A stretch of 64,000 bases of DNA from an uncultured Eubacteriales bacterium (GCA_949288175.1 CASEIV010000012.1:15616-79615), one strand, 5' to 3'. Numbered from the stretch's first letter, positions 40,181 to 51,090 are shown. Numbers and translations are program-made. Notes: generated by a model from the sequence alone, not told the origin.

Positions 40181-42799
40181 ATGTGGGAAACACTTATAAA
40201 AGAAGAGGTTGAAAAAACACTTAACACAGATTTTAATAAAGGATTAAGTGATAATGAAGTTTTAAAGAGACAAAATCAATATGGTAAAAACGAATTACAA
40301 AATAGTAAAAAAGAAGGAATCATTGTTAAATTTTTCAAACAGTTTAATGATTTTATGATTATTATCCTAATAATGGCATCTATTGTATCAGCAGGTGTAT
40401 CGTGGTATCAGGGAGAAAATGACTATATGGATTCTATCATTATTATAGCCATTGTTGTGCTAAATGCCATGATGGGAGTCTTGCAAGAAGCAAAAGCAGA
40501 AAAATCAATTGAAAGTTTGAAAAAAATGACACCACAAATGTCAAAAGTCATTCGAAATGGAAAAGAAATAGAAATTCCGTCAGAAACTTTAACAGTGGGA
40601 GATATTGTTATCTTGGAAGCAGGAAACCGTGTGCCAGCAGATTGTCGAATTATAGAAAATTTCAATTTAAAAGTAGAAGAATCTAGCCTAACAGGAGAAA
40701 CAGAACCTGTTGAAAAAAATGGAGCAGTTATTTGTAAAAAAGGAATACCATTAGGGGATATTGTGAATATGGTATTTATGGGAAGTACGGTTGTCAATGG
40801 ACATGCAAAAGTTGTGGTGACAGAAATTGGAATGGATACAAAGGTTGGAAAAATCGCCAATATGATTATCGAAAATGAATCACCAGAAACACCAATTCAA
40901 AAGAAATTAAATCAAGTAGGAAAAATATTAGGTGTCATTTGTTTACTGATTTGCTTAGTGATTTTTGTCATAGGGATTATCAAAAAAATACCACCAATGG
41001 AAATGTTTATGACTTCTGTTGGATTGGCTGTTGCGGCAATACCAGAAGGATTACCAGCAATTGTTACGATTATGCTATCAATTGGTGTGACCAAAATGGC
41101 AAAGCGAAATAGTATTATTCGAAAATTACCAGCAGTTGAAACATTAGGAAGTAGTAATGTGATTTGCTCAGACAAAACAGGAACATTAACACAAAATAGA
41201 ATGAAGGTTGTAGAAATCAAAGCAGAAAATCCCAATTTTGCAATGGAATTAGCAAGTATGTGTACAGATAGTAAGATAGAAGTAAAAAGTGGGAAAGTGG
41301 AAGTAGTGGGAGAACCGACAGAAATGGCATTAGTAGAAACTGCCTATATCAATAAATTGAACAAAAACAAACTATACCAAACTATGCCAAGAGTGAATGA
41401 AATTCCATTTGATTCAACCAGAAAAATGATGACAACCATACATACATTAGAAAATGGAAAATATAGGGTGATAACCAAAGGGGCACCAGATGTATTATTA
41501 AACAGATGTATTGGAATACAGAAAGAAAAAGTGTTAAAAGAAAATGAGAAAATGGCTAATAAGGCTTTACGAGTAATTGCCGTAACATATAAAGATGTGG
41601 AGCAGTTACCAAGTAAAATAGAAAGTAGTAGCATTGAAAATAATTTAAATTTTGTAGGACTTATTGGGATGATAGACCCTCCAAGAGAAGGTGTGAAAGA
41701 GGCAGTAAAAACCTGCAAAAAAGCAGGAATAAAAACAGTCATGATAACAGGAGACCATATTGCAACTGCAAAAGCCATTGCAGAAAAGATAGGGATATTT
41801 TCTAAAAACGATAAAGCAATCACAGGAGAAGAACTAGATAAACTAAATCAAGAAAAGTTTGAAAGAGAAATTCAAAACTATACCGTTTTTGCAAGAGTGA
41901 CCCCTGAGCATAAAGTGAGAATTGTAAAAGCATGGCAAAAAAAAGGTGCAGTTGTAGCAATGACAGGAGATGGTGTAAACGATAGTCCAGCATTAAAAAG
42001 TGCAGATATTGGAATTGCGATGGGAAAAGGTGGAACAGATGTTGCGAAAAATGCAGCAGATATGATTTTAGTAGATGACAATTTTGTAACGATTGTAGAT
42101 GCTGTGAAACAAGGAAGAAATATTTATGATAATATTAGAAAAGCCATTCATTTTCTAATTGCGACAAATATAGGAGAAATTGTAACCATTTTTATGGGAT
42201 TGGTCTTAGGACTTCAATCACCATTACTGGCTATACAATTACTATGGATCAATTTAGTGACAGATTCTTTACCTGCAATTGCCATAGGATTAGAACCACC
42301 TGAAAAAGACATTATGGAAAGAAAACCAGTGGATTCGAAAAAAGGAATATTTGCAGATGGATTATGGAGTAAAATCGTATTAGAAGGTATTATGATAGGC
42401 ATGCTTACATTAATTGCATTTAGTATCGGAAATAAATATTATGGAGTAGAAGTTGGAAGAACAATGGCATTTATTAGTATGGGATTATTAGAGCTTGTCC
42501 ACAGTTTTAACATAAAAAGTGAAAAATCCATTTTTAAAGTTGGGATATTAGAAAATAAATTCTTAATAGGAAGCTTTATACTTGGGATTTTTGTACAGAC
42601 AATTGTTGTATTTATTCCAGCTTTAGCCAATATATTTAATGTAACGAATTTGACTTCGACACAATGGATGATAACATTAGGTATTTCTATATTGCCAATA
42701 CCAATTATGGAATTACAGAAACAAATCAATAAAATGAGCGCAAAAAAAGAAAAGAAAATATTGATAAAACAGCTAACACATGAGGAAAACAAGATATAA
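40181..42799 (+). CDS. Ca2+-type P-type ATPase (type IIA)
   Basis: TGE, IPEGLP, DKTGTLT, KGAPD, GDGVND, LWINLVTD. Confidence 0.95.
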   Translation: MWETLIKEEVEKTLNTDFNKGLSDNEVLKRQNQYGKNELQNSKKEGIIVKFFKQFNDFMIIILIMASIVSAGVSWYQGENDYMDSIIIIAIVVLNAMMGVLQEAKAEKSIESLKKMTPQMSKVIRNGKEIEIPSETLTVGDIVILEAGNRVPADCRIIENFNLKVEESSLTGETEPVEKNGAVICKKGIPLGDIVNMVFMGSTVVNGHAKVVVTEIGMDTKVGKIANMIIENESPETPIQKKLNQVGKILGVICLLICLVIFVIGIIKKIPPMEMFMTSVGLAVAAIPEGLPAIVTIMLSIGVTKMAKRNSIIRKLPAVETLGSSNVICSDKTGTLTQNRMKVVEIKAENPNFAMELASMCTDSKIEVKSGKVEVVGEPTEMALVETAYINKLNKNKLYQTMPRVNEIPFDSTRKMMTTIHTLENGKYRVITKGAPDVLLNRCIGIQKEKVLKENEKMANKALRVIAVTYKDVEQLPSKIESSSIENNLNFVGLIGMIDPPREGVKEAVKTCKKAGIKTVMITGDHIATAKAIAEKIGIFSKNDKAITGEELDKLNQEKFEREIQNYTVFARVTPEHKVRIVKAWQKKGAVVAMTGDGVNDSPALKSADIGIAMGKGGTDVAKNAADMILVDDNFVTIVDAVKQGRNIYDNIRKAIHFLIATNIGEIVTIFMGLVLGLQSPLLAIQLLWINLVTDSLPAIAIGLEPPEKDIMERKPVDSKKGIFADGLWSKIVLEGIMIGMLTLIAFSIGNKYYGVEVGRTMAFISMGLLELVHSFNIKSEKSIFKVGILENKFLIGSFILGIFVQTIVVFIPALANIFNVTNLTSTQWMITLGISILPIPIMELQKQINKMSAKKEKKILIKQLTHEENKI

Positions 42800-42913
42800 A
42801 ACCAAATATATAAAAAATAGTTTTGTAAAAATAGCAAAACTATTTTTTTATTTTAGTCATATTATTGTATTCTCATGAATACAATATAGCATAAGGGTGA
42901 AGGGGGTGCTTAT

Positions 42914-43681
42914 TTGGGACAAACAATACCGAATAAATGGAAAAAGCATCTTGTATTAGTAGAATTTGGACTAAAAAAACGAGAGGATTTAGAAAATGAG
43001 ATTCATCGATATCCTGCTTTTCATATAAATACACTCATTAGCGATATAGAAAGAAAATTAAAATCCAACCCCAATAGTGGTATATATATTATTTCTTCTA
43101 TTCCTTCACATGATTGTTTTAAACTTCCTAATGTTTGTATTGCATCTCTTGAAGACTTAGAAGTATTTAAAACAAATTTAGATAATCATTTTTTTGATAA
43201 ATTTACAGAGGTTTGGTATTGTAAAAAGCCTTTCCAAAATGGACATGATGTAATAACAGGAAGAATTGCTTTAGACAATAGAAAAGGGTTAAATACCATT
43301 CAATATAGCCATACTGTAGAACAAGTATGGAATTGTAGTCATAGAGAAATTGAAAAATTCAATAAAAATTCTAATGCTATTTATTTGCGTGCTTCTAGAG
43401 AAAGCTGGGGAAGACGTTATCATATTGATGCATTAAACCTACCATCTAAGGAGGATAAAGCTAGAGTAATAAATGGTTTTACACAAATAGTTAGAGGAAT
43501 TGAATCTCATAGAGAAAAAATAGAAGGATTTGAAAATTATTTAAAAGAGTTAGAAATTGATGAACTTTGCCTAGAATATATGTTTTCACAAAAAGGTTTT
43601 TGCTTTATTGATTGGGATACAAGCAATGATAAAAAAGTCATAGATAGTGTATTTCCTGCAAAAGAAAAAAGTATTTATTAA
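42914..43681 (+). CDS. Hypothetical protein, first gene of accessory operon
   Basis: 255-aa ORF, TTG start after G-rich RBS; no family recognised. Confidence 0.7.
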   Translation: MGQTIPNKWKKHLVLVEFGLKKREDLENEIHRYPAFHINTLISDIERKLKSNPNSGIYIISSIPSHDCFKLPNVCIASLEDLEVFKTNLDNHFFDKFTEVWYCKKPFQNGHDVITGRIALDNRKGLNTIQYSHTVEQVWNCSHREIEKFNKNSNAIYLRASRESWGRRYHIDALNLPSKEDKARVINGFTQIVRGIESHREKIEGFENYLKELEIDELCLEYMFSQKGFCFIDWDTSNDKKVIDSVFPAKEKSIY

Positions 43682-43695
43682 AATGAGGTTTTGGT

Positions 43696-44220
43696 ATGTT
43701 ATATGTGATTAGACATGGTGAAACAGATTGGAATTTAAAAAATAAAATCCAAGGGCGAGTAGATATCCCATTAAATGAATTTGGGATTCAACAAGCAAAT
43801 ATGTCTAAAATTTTATTATATCAAATCAATTTCTATAAAATTATTTCATCACCCTTAATCCGTGCCAAAAAAACAGCAGAGATTATTAGCAATCAGCAAA
43901 CTCCTGTTATGACAGATTTTAGACTTATCGAAAGAGATTTTGGAGAATTTGAAGGATTAAGCAAAGAAGATTTTGATTGTTCTTCCTTTTGGAATTATTT
44001 ACTTAATTGTCATTATGATAAAGCAGAGACTGTTCAGCAATTGTTAAATCGTGTTTACAATTTTTTAGATGAATATAAAGAAATGTATGAAAAAAAGAAT
44101 GTATTATTAGTAACACATTCTGGAGTCATTCCAGCAATTTGTTGTTACTTTAAAGGAATCCCTAAAAATAACAATATATTTACTTATCATTTTAAAACTT
44201 GTGAAATTATAAAATTTTAG
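43696..44220 (+). CDS. Histidine phosphatase family protein
   Basis: IRHGET, SSPL.RA..TA, ERDFG, VTHSG. Confidence 0.92.
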   Translation: MLYVIRHGETDWNLKNKIQGRVDIPLNEFGIQQANMSKILLYQINFYKIISSPLIRAKKTAEIISNQQTPVMTDFRLIERDFGEFEGLSKEDFDCSSFWNYLLNCHYDKAETVQQLLNRVYNFLDEYKEMYEKKNVLLVTHSGVIPAICCYFKGIPKNNNIFTYHFKTCEIIKF

Positions 44221-44238
44221 TTATTGGAGGGATTTTTT

Positions 44239-45822
44239 TTGCAGAAAAATATTTTTGATAAGCCTTACAAATATATACAAGAAATTGTTACAAAAGTTAA
44301 AATTCGTGAGGATAAATTAAAAACATTCAAAGGAAAGACAATGGCCTTTGTATTTTTTACAAAATTTTGTGATGTGCAATGTTCACACTGTTTTTTTAGA
44401 TCTGACAATGAAGGATATGATTTGCCAAGGGAACAATATGAATTTTCAGAAGAAGGGTTTGAAAAGTTTATTCAATTTATTAATGCTTCAAACAATGGAT
44501 ATTTATCTATTTTAGGAGGAGGAGAACCTTTTAAAAAATTTGAATATATTAAAGAAACAATCAAAAGAGCAAAAACAGATAGGATTGTGATTGTGACAAG
44601 TGGTATGTGGGGAGCTGATGAAAATACTTGTAAAAATATGATTTGTGAAATGTATGAAGCATTATGCCAAAGAAAAACACCAACAAAAGTTGTTCTTAGA
44701 ATCAGTATGGATAAATGGCATATAGCTAAAATTGGAATTGACTGTATTTATCACATTATTGATGTATTTAAAAATTTTTTTGCAGATAAAGAAAATTTTG
44801 AATTACAATTACATACCCTAACGGGAGATAATTCAATTGAAAAAGTAATGAAACATTATTCTGGATGTACAAGAACAGATGGACAAAAATATGTATCAGA
44901 TAATGAAGAAATTCTGAAAATTGGATTATATCGATATGACTTGCATTTCCCAGATAAGTACAAAATTAGTGTCGGAATTGCTCAGATATTTCACTCTAAT
45001 TTAAAAGTTAATTTAAAAAATCCCAATATTGACTTAGAACAATTAATCACACTTTTTGATAATGATATGCAATATAATTCTTTTAGTAATCCTTCACTAG
45101 TAAAAAACAAAAATGATGAATGGGGATTAGATTTCTTGATTAGTTATAATGGAAATATAGCTACATGGGGAAATGAGCAGTTATATGGGTTAAATAATAT
45201 ATACACAGAATCCTATAAGGATATTATTTCTAATATATATACGAATATCATTTCTTATTCTTTATTAGATAAAGGCTATTTTTATCGAACCCAAATAATT
45301 AGTGAAGTTAACCCATTAGCTGTACTTAGATCGAAAGCAATTCATATTAGAGATTATGCAGGAGCTTCTATTTTAGAAGAGAATCATACCGTTTTGTATT
45401 ATGCAATTAGAGTTATCCAAGACTATTTAGAAGAAAATATATTAACTTTAGAAGAAATAGATGGACTGTCAAAAGAATTGTTAAATATGATAAAAAGTAG
45501 AAAATATATTGTGAAAAAATGGTATAAAAATGCTTCATATTCTATTATTATGCAATACATGGAAAAAACAATTTTTGATGAAAATGAATGGAGAGATTTA
45601 TTTAATTTGATATATTTTGGACATTATGCGGTTTCTGAAAAACAAATTCAAAAAGGAATACAATATTATAATATGCATGCAAGTAAGCCAATTAGCAAAT
45701 TAGATGATGTATTGGAAAATTCTAAAGAACATTATCAAAGATTAATTGAAAGATTGACATTTATGAAACCAGAGGCAAAAAGATTATGTATGGAGAATTA
45801 TCAGAAATTAGAGGTGATATAA
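44239..45822 (+). CDS. Radical SAM protein with long C-terminal extension
   Basis: CDVQCSHC (CxxxCxxC), GGGEP, VTSG.W, S.D..H; TTG start after ggagg. Confidence 0.85.
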   Translation: MQKNIFDKPYKYIQEIVTKVKIREDKLKTFKGKTMAFVFFTKFCDVQCSHCFFRSDNEGYDLPREQYEFSEEGFEKFIQFINASNNGYLSILGGGEPFKKFEYIKETIKRAKTDRIVIVTSGMWGADENTCKNMICEMYEALCQRKTPTKVVLRISMDKWHIAKIGIDCIYHIIDVFKNFFADKENFELQLHTLTGDNSIEKVMKHYSGCTRTDGQKYVSDNEEILKIGLYRYDLHFPDKYKISVGIAQIFHSNLKVNLKNPNIDLEQLITLFDNDMQYNSFSNPSLVKNKNDEWGLDFLISYNGNIATWGNEQLYGLNNIYTESYKDIISNIYTNIISYSLLDKGYFYRTQIISEVNPLAVLRSKAIHIRDYAGASILEENHTVLYYAIRVIQDYLEENILTLEEIDGLSKELLNMIKSRKYIVKKWYKNASYSIIMQYMEKTIFDENEWRDLFNLIYFGHYAVSEKQIQKGIQYYNMHASKPISKLDDVLENSKEHYQRLIERLTFMKPEAKRLCMENYQKLEVI

Positions 45823-45865
45823 GATATGTTACTATTATTTAGCACTGAGCAATAATGAATAAAGA

Positions 45866-46071
45866 GTTACAGTTCAGACTCAAAGGCTCGAAAGGTTACG
45901 TATATCATTTTTTATACCTTGTGTGTCGCAACCACTGATGTTGAAAAATAGATTTTAAATAGTCTTAAATAGATTTAATCCTATCTAAAATCTATTTTCA
46001 ACGAAAGAAGGTTGCTCCAATCGCACTCGCTTTTGCTCGTTTGATCGCTTACGCGGTATTTCAAAATGATA
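45866..46071. repeat. Long palindromic element, subfamily A copy 2, right outer arm missing
   Basis: Near-identical to 566-771. Confidence 0.9.
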
Positions 46072-46137
46072 GAATGATTGACGAATAAAAAATATAAGTA
46101 TAGAATAATGTTATAAAATATACGAGGAGGATAAAGC

Positions 46138-46662
46138 GTGAAAAAAATAGCGGTAAGTGTTATAAAATTAATTATAATCAATATCATTCTCAATTTAATC
46201 ATTAATGTAGCAAAATTTTTACTTGATATAGAGATAAATGAAATTGTTGCATATATAATTTATTTTGTAGAAAATGTAATTATTTTATTTATAGGTGTAA
46301 AAATTTTATGGCAAAAGTTCAATGTAGAAACTGTAAAAAAAATTGCATACATTCTTGCTACAGTTTTAGTATTATATAATATTTTTAGTGTGGCAATGTC
46401 AATAACAGAATATGAAAAATATTTATCAAATATCAATTCACAAAATGATATGATAAACTATAGTTCTTCTGAACAATTACAAGAAGCGATAGAGCAGGAG
46501 AGAGAAGCTGAAAAGGATGCCTATTATGCTTTATTAATTAGGTCAAATGGTGTAATTTATAATATAATCATTATTGTATTATATTGTATTGTAGCACCAA
46601 AATGGTTTAAATCACAAAAGCAAGAAGTGCAAGATAATAAATATGATTTTTATAAAGACTAG
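46138..46662 (+). CDS. Multi-TM membrane protein, unknown function
   Basis: GTG start after gaggagg; four hydrophobic segments. Confidence 0.7.
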   Translation: MKKIAVSVIKLIIINIILNLIINVAKFLLDIEINEIVAYIIYFVENVIILFIGVKILWQKFNVETVKKIAYILATVLVLYNIFSVAMSITEYEKYLSNINSQNDMINYSSSEQLQEAIEQEREAEKDAYYALLIRSNGVIYNIIIIVLYCIVAPKWFKSQKQEVQDNKYDFYKD

Positions 46663-46881
46663 TGTGAATAAGACTAAATAAAATGGATAATGTAGAAGTC
46701 AAAAATACATGAAAAAACAGAAAAATATATTGCATTATGAAAAAAAATATGATAAAATAGCTGTGCTTTAAAGGTAGCATAGCTATTTTTACATTATAGC
46801 AAATAACATTTCCTATAATGTAAAAAGAACAAATCTCGACTTGTGAAAAACACAGGTTATAAATCCATAGGGAGGTGAAAG

Positions 46882-47169
46882 ATGATGAATAAATACGAAA
46901 GTATTATCATTGTTAATCCAAATGTTGATGAAGCAGGTTTAAAAGCTTTAGAAGAAAAATTTACAGGATTAATCAATGAAAATGGTAAAGTAGAATCAGT
47001 TGAAAACATGGGAAAAAGAAAATTAGCTTATGATATCAAAAAATTCAAAGAAGCTACATATATGTTATTCAACTTTGAAGCAAAACCAGAATTAATAGCT
47101 GAACTTGAAAGAGTTTACAGAATTACAGATGACATTATAAAATTTATTACAGTAAAAGTAGAAAAATAA
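46882..47169 (+). CDS. rpsF: 30S ribosomal protein S6
   Basis: KYE, GKRKLAY.I, ELER; rpsF-ssb-rpsR order. Confidence 0.96.
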   Translation: MMNKYESIIIVNPNVDEAGLKALEEKFTGLINENGKVESVENMGKRKLAYDIKKFKEATYMLFNFEAKPELIAELERVYRITDDIIKFITVKVEK

Positions 47170-47230
47170 GAAAAAAGAAATACTAAATAAAGAAGGGGCC
47201 TTTATTTAAAGTAAAGAAAGGTGATAAGAT

Positions 47231-47662
47231 ATGAATAAAGTAATTTTAATGGGAAGATTAACAAGAGATCCAGAAACAAGATATACACAAACAAGTAATA
47301 CATTAGTATCTTCATTTAGTCTAGCAGTTAATAGAAGATTTGTAAGACAAGGAGAAGAAAGACAAGCAGATTTTATTAACATTGTTGCATGGAGTAAATT
47401 AGGAGAATTTTGTAGCAAATACTTTAAGAAAGGTCAACAAGTAGGTGTTATTGGAAGAATTCAAACAAGAACTTGGGATGATGACCAAGGACAAAAACAT
47501 TATGTGACAGAAGTTGTAGCAGAAGAAGCATATTTTGCTGATAGTAAAAGAGATGGTGAAACATCAAATAATACAGCTTTTGAAAATACATTTGGAAATA
47601 CAGCACCTGGAAGTATGGGAGCAGATTTTGAAATGTCTTCAAGTGATGACCTACCATTCTAA
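47231..47662 (+). CDS. ssb: Single-stranded DNA-binding protein
   Basis: MNKVILMGRLTRDPE...DDLPF. Confidence 0.97.
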   Translation: MNKVILMGRLTRDPETRYTQTSNTLVSSFSLAVNRRFVRQGEERQADFINIVAWSKLGEFCSKYFKKGQQVGVIGRIQTRTWDDDQGQKHYVTEVVAEEAYFADSKRDGETSNNTAFENTFGNTAPGSMGADFEMSSSDDLPF

Positions 47663-47685
47663 TTTGTTAGGGGGGAAAATAGAAA

Positions 47686-47964
47686 ATGGCAGATAAAAAA
47701 CAAAATAAAAGAAATAATAAAAACTATGATGAGGATTACAATCCAAGATTCAGAAAACAAAGAAAAAAAGTATGTTTATTATGTAGTGATAAAAACTTTG
47801 TTTTAGATTATAAAAATCCAGAACAATTAAGAAAATTTATCAGTGATAAAGGTAAAATCTTACCTAGAAGAAATACTGGAATGTGTGCTAAACATCAAAG
47901 AGATATTACACTTGCTATTAAAAGAGCAAGACACATTGCTTTCTTACCATATGCACAAAAATAA
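47686..47964 (+). CDS. rpsR: 30S ribosomal protein S18
   Basis: DYKN...[19 protein letters not shown]...AIKRAR. Confidence 0.96.
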   Translation: MADKKQNKRNNKNYDEDYNPRFRKQRKKVCLLCSDKNFVLDYKNPEQLRKFISDKGKILPRRNTGMCAKHQRDITLAIKRARHIAFLPYAQK

Positions 47965-47984
47965 TAAGTGTTTAAGATTATCAA

Positions 47985-48020
47985 AAAAGACTAGAAGTAT
48001 CAAAGCTTCTAGTCTTTTTC
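47985..48020 (+). terminator. Terminator of rpsF-ssb-rpsR
   Basis: aaaagactagaag...cttctagtctttt. Confidence 0.8.
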
Positions 48021-48103
48021 CTATACAATTTTGACATTATAACACAATTAGGTGAGAAAATAAAGAATTTCTTGCTAAATTATGTAAAATATAGTAAAAT
48101 AGA

Positions 48104-48340
48104 GTTACAATTCACTGTTTTATATAGAAATTAATCAGAAGGTTAATATATAAATATTTTTAAAGTTTCTCGGTTTTCCTTCATTATGTTTAACAAATTC
48201 TAACGATAAAGCCATAACAATACCCGGAAACAGGACCCTTTATGGCTTTATCTTAAGAATTTGTAAAACAATTTCGGTCACATTCGAATTCTTTAAAAAT
48301 ATTTATATATTAACATTTTATAAAATACTAATGGCTGTAA
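48104..48340. repeat. Long palindromic intergenic element, B-related
   Basis: Arms gttaatatataaatatttttaaag / ctttaaaaatatttatatattaac; loop motifs ctcgg and tcacattcg; gttacaattca-type left end. Confidence 0.8.
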
Positions 48341-48438
48341 ATTATAAAAAAATAGAAATGTTATGAAAACATAAATCATATTTATAAGAAAAAGTATTGA
48401 AAAATAAATTAACAAATAAATAGGGGGAAAAGATAAAC

Positions 48439-49674
48439 ATGAACAAAGAGTTATTAGAATTAGCAAGAGAAGTAGAAAAAAAGGTAGAACCACAATTTAA
48501 GAAAATGGATGACATTTGTAGTAAAAATAGTATAAAAGTCATTGAAGCTTTTCAAGAATGCAATTTACAAGAAATGCATTTAGCAACTTCAACAGGATAT
48601 GGAATTGACGAAGTAGGAAGAAATAAAATAGAAGAAATCTATGCGAAGGTATTTAAAGCAGAAGATAGTTTAGTAAGAGCACAATTTATATCAGGAACAC
48701 ATGCTCTAGCAATTACCTTGTCTGCTTTATTACGTCCAAATGATACCATGATTAGTATAACAGGAGCACCATATGATACGTTACAAACTGTTATTGGGAT
48801 TGGAAAAGAAGTAAGTGAAAGTTCTTTAAAGGCTTTTGGAATACACTATGAACAAATTGAATTAGTGAACAATGATTTTGACATAGAAACCATAAAAGAA
48901 AGATTATCAAAACATGATGTTAAATTAGTAGAAATCCAAAGGTCAAGAGGATATTCTACAAGAGAAAGTTTAACAATAGAAAAAATAGAAAAAGCAATAC
49001 AAGCCATAAGAGAAGTTAATAAAGATGTTATTATCATGGTAGATAACTGTTATGGAGAATTTGTACAAGATAGAGAGCCAATAGAAGTAGGAGCAGATAT
49101 TGCAGTAGGGTCATTGATGAAAAACTTAGGAGCTGGAATTGCCACAAGTGGAGCATATATTGTAGGAAAAGAAAATTTAATTCAATTATGTGCAGAAAGA
49201 TTAACAGCACCAGGAATTGGAAAAGAAATTGGTCCATCATTAAATCAAAATACGAATTTATTAAAAGGACTATTTTTTGCACCACAAGTAGTAGCAAGTA
49301 GTGTTAAAACAGCCATATTTGCAAGTTGCATTTTAGAAGAATTAGGATATACAGTAGAACCTAAATATAATGATGAAAGAGCAGATATCGTACAAACCAT
49401 TCATCTAGGAACAGCTGAAAAACTAATCAAATTCTGTCAAGGAATACAAAAAGGATCTCCAATAGACTCATGTGTTACACCAGAACCAAGTCCAATGGGA
49501 GGATATGAAGATGAAGTTATCATGGCAGCAGGAACATTTACAGAAGGCTCAACCATTGAACTTAGTTGTGATGGACCAATTAGAGAACCATATATTGCAT
49601 ATATGCAAGGTGGATTAACTTATGACTATGGGAAATATGGTATATTAAAAGCAATAGAAGAAATGAAAAAATAA
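48439..49674 (+). CDS. Methionine gamma-lyase-like PLP enzyme (YnbB / aluminium-resistance family)
   Basis: TGYG.D..GR, SGTHA, IQRSRGY, DNCYGEF, GSLMKNLG, YMQGG. Confidence 0.9.
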   Translation: MNKELLELAREVEKKVEPQFKKMDDICSKNSIKVIEAFQECNLQEMHLATSTGYGIDEVGRNKIEEIYAKVFKAEDSLVRAQFISGTHALAITLSALLRPNDTMISITGAPYDTLQTVIGIGKEVSESSLKAFGIHYEQIELVNNDFDIETIKERLSKHDVKLVEIQRSRGYSTRESLTIEKIEKAIQAIREVNKDVIIMVDNCYGEFVQDREPIEVGADIAVGSLMKNLGAGIATSGAYIVGKENLIQLCAERLTAPGIGKEIGPSLNQNTNLLKGLFFAPQVVASSVKTAIFASCILEELGYTVEPKYNDERADIVQTIHLGTAEKLIKFCQGIQKGSPIDSCVTPEPSPMGGYEDEVIMAAGTFTEGSTIELSCDGPIREPYIAYMQGGLTYDYGKYGILKAIEEMKK

Positions 49675-49814
49675 TGATTGGGGATGGAGTGATGATTTTG
49701 GGGACGGAGCAAAAAATCATCATTGATGAAAATTAATTTATGATATAATTTTAAGAATTATAGAATGATGATTTTTTGCTCCGTCCCCAAAATCATCACT
49801 CCGCACCCAATCAT
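49674..49814. repeat. ~50-bp inverted repeats enclosing a promoter-like spacer
   Basis: atgattggggatggagtgatgattttggggacggagcaaaaaatcatcatt and its reverse complement around TGaTATAAT. Confidence 0.85.
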
Positions 49815-49830
49815 CAGAAAGGAAATTGTT

Positions 49831-51090
49831 TTGAATAAAGTAATTGTGATTGGTGGTGGTCCTGCTGGAATGATGGCAGCGATTACTGCAAAAGAAAATA
49901 AAAATGAAGTATTGATAATTGAAAAGAATAATCAATTAGGGAAAAAGCTATTAATTACAGGAAAGGGAAGATGTAATATTACATCTTCTTTAGAGATGGA
50001 AGATTTTATCAAAAATACACCAGGAAATGGGATGTTTTTGTATAGTGCCTATCAACAATATACCAACAAAGACATAATTGAATTTTTAAAACAACAAGGA
50101 CTAGAGATAAAAGAAGAAAGAGGAAACCGAATTTTTCCAGTAACAGATAAATCTATAGATGTTTTAAAATGCTTTACGAAAAAACTTAAGGAATTAAATA
50201 TAAATATAAAATATAATACAAAAGTTGAAGAAATCTTAACAGAAATGGTAAATGGAGAAACTGTAGTAATAGGTGTAAAAACAGATAAGGAAATCATAAA
50301 AGCCAATAAAGTTATATTGGCAACAGGAGGAAAAAGTTATCCATTAACAGGCTCAACAGGTGATGGATATCAATTGGTAGAAAAATTAGGACATAATATA
50401 ACACCAATAAAACCATCATTAGTCCCTTTAGAAGTATATGATAGAACAGAATGTAAGGAATTACAGGGATTAAGTTTAAGAAATGTCAGAATACAATTAA
50501 TAGATATAGAAAAAAACAAACAAGTATATGAAGACTTTGGAGAAATGGTATTTACGCATTTTGGAGTTTCAGGACCAACCATTTTAAGCTCATCAGCACA
50601 TCTGGTTAGATATAAAAATATGGATAAATTATTTCATGAAAAAAAGATTGTTTTAAAAATAGATTTAAAACCTGCTTTGGATGAGAAAAAATTAAATGAT
50701 AGAATTTTAAGAGACTTTGAAGAAGTGAAAAATAAGCAATTTAAAAATAGTTTAGATAAATTACTACCACAAAAATTAATACCAATCATCATTAGAAGAA
50801 GTAAAATAAATCCGAATAAACAAGTAAATGAAATAACCAAAAAGGAAAGAGAAGAATTAATAACACAAATAAAGGACTTTGAAATTATCATAAAAGGCTT
50901 TAGACCAATAGAAGAAGCAATCATTACAAGCGGAGGAATCAATATCAAAGAAATCAATCCTAAAACAATGGAATCAAAAAAAGTAAAGGGACTATATTTT
51001 GCAGGAGAAATTATTGATGTGGATAGTTATACAGGAGGATTTAATTTACAAATAGCATATTCTACAGGGTATGTGGCAGGATTAAACTAG
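49831..51090 (+). CDS. HI0933/YhiN-family flavoprotein
   Basis: IGGGPAGM, GKKLLITGKGRCN, ATGGKSYP..GSTGDG, TGGFNLQ; TTG start after aaagga. Confidence 0.93.
   Translation: MNKVIVIGGGPAGMMAAITAKENKNEVLIIEKNNQLGKKLLITGKGRCNITSSLEMEDFIKNTPGNGMFLYSAYQQYTNKDIIEFLKQQGLEIKEERGNRIFPVTDKSIDVLKCFTKKLKELNINIKYNTKVEEILTEMVNGETVVIGVKTDKEIIKANKVILATGGKSYPLTGSTGDGYQLVEKLGHNITPIKPSLVPLEVYDRTECKELQGLSLRNVRIQLIDIEKNKQVYEDFGEMVFTHFGVSGPTILSSSAHLVRYKNMDKLFHEKKIVLKIDLKPALDEKKLNDRILRDFEEVKNKQFKNSLDKLLPQKLIPIIIRRSKINPNKQVNEITKKEREELITQIKDFEIIIKGFRPIEEAIITSGGINIKEINPKTMESKKVKGLYFAGEIIDVDSYTGGFNLQIAYSTGYVAGLN

Noticed and set aside
49765..49830. ORF-track N-terminal extensions (also 5344, 8434, 29497, 35061, 51917)
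   Set aside because: Downstream starts have better RBS and match family N-termini; the 49765 extension is translated repeat DNA.
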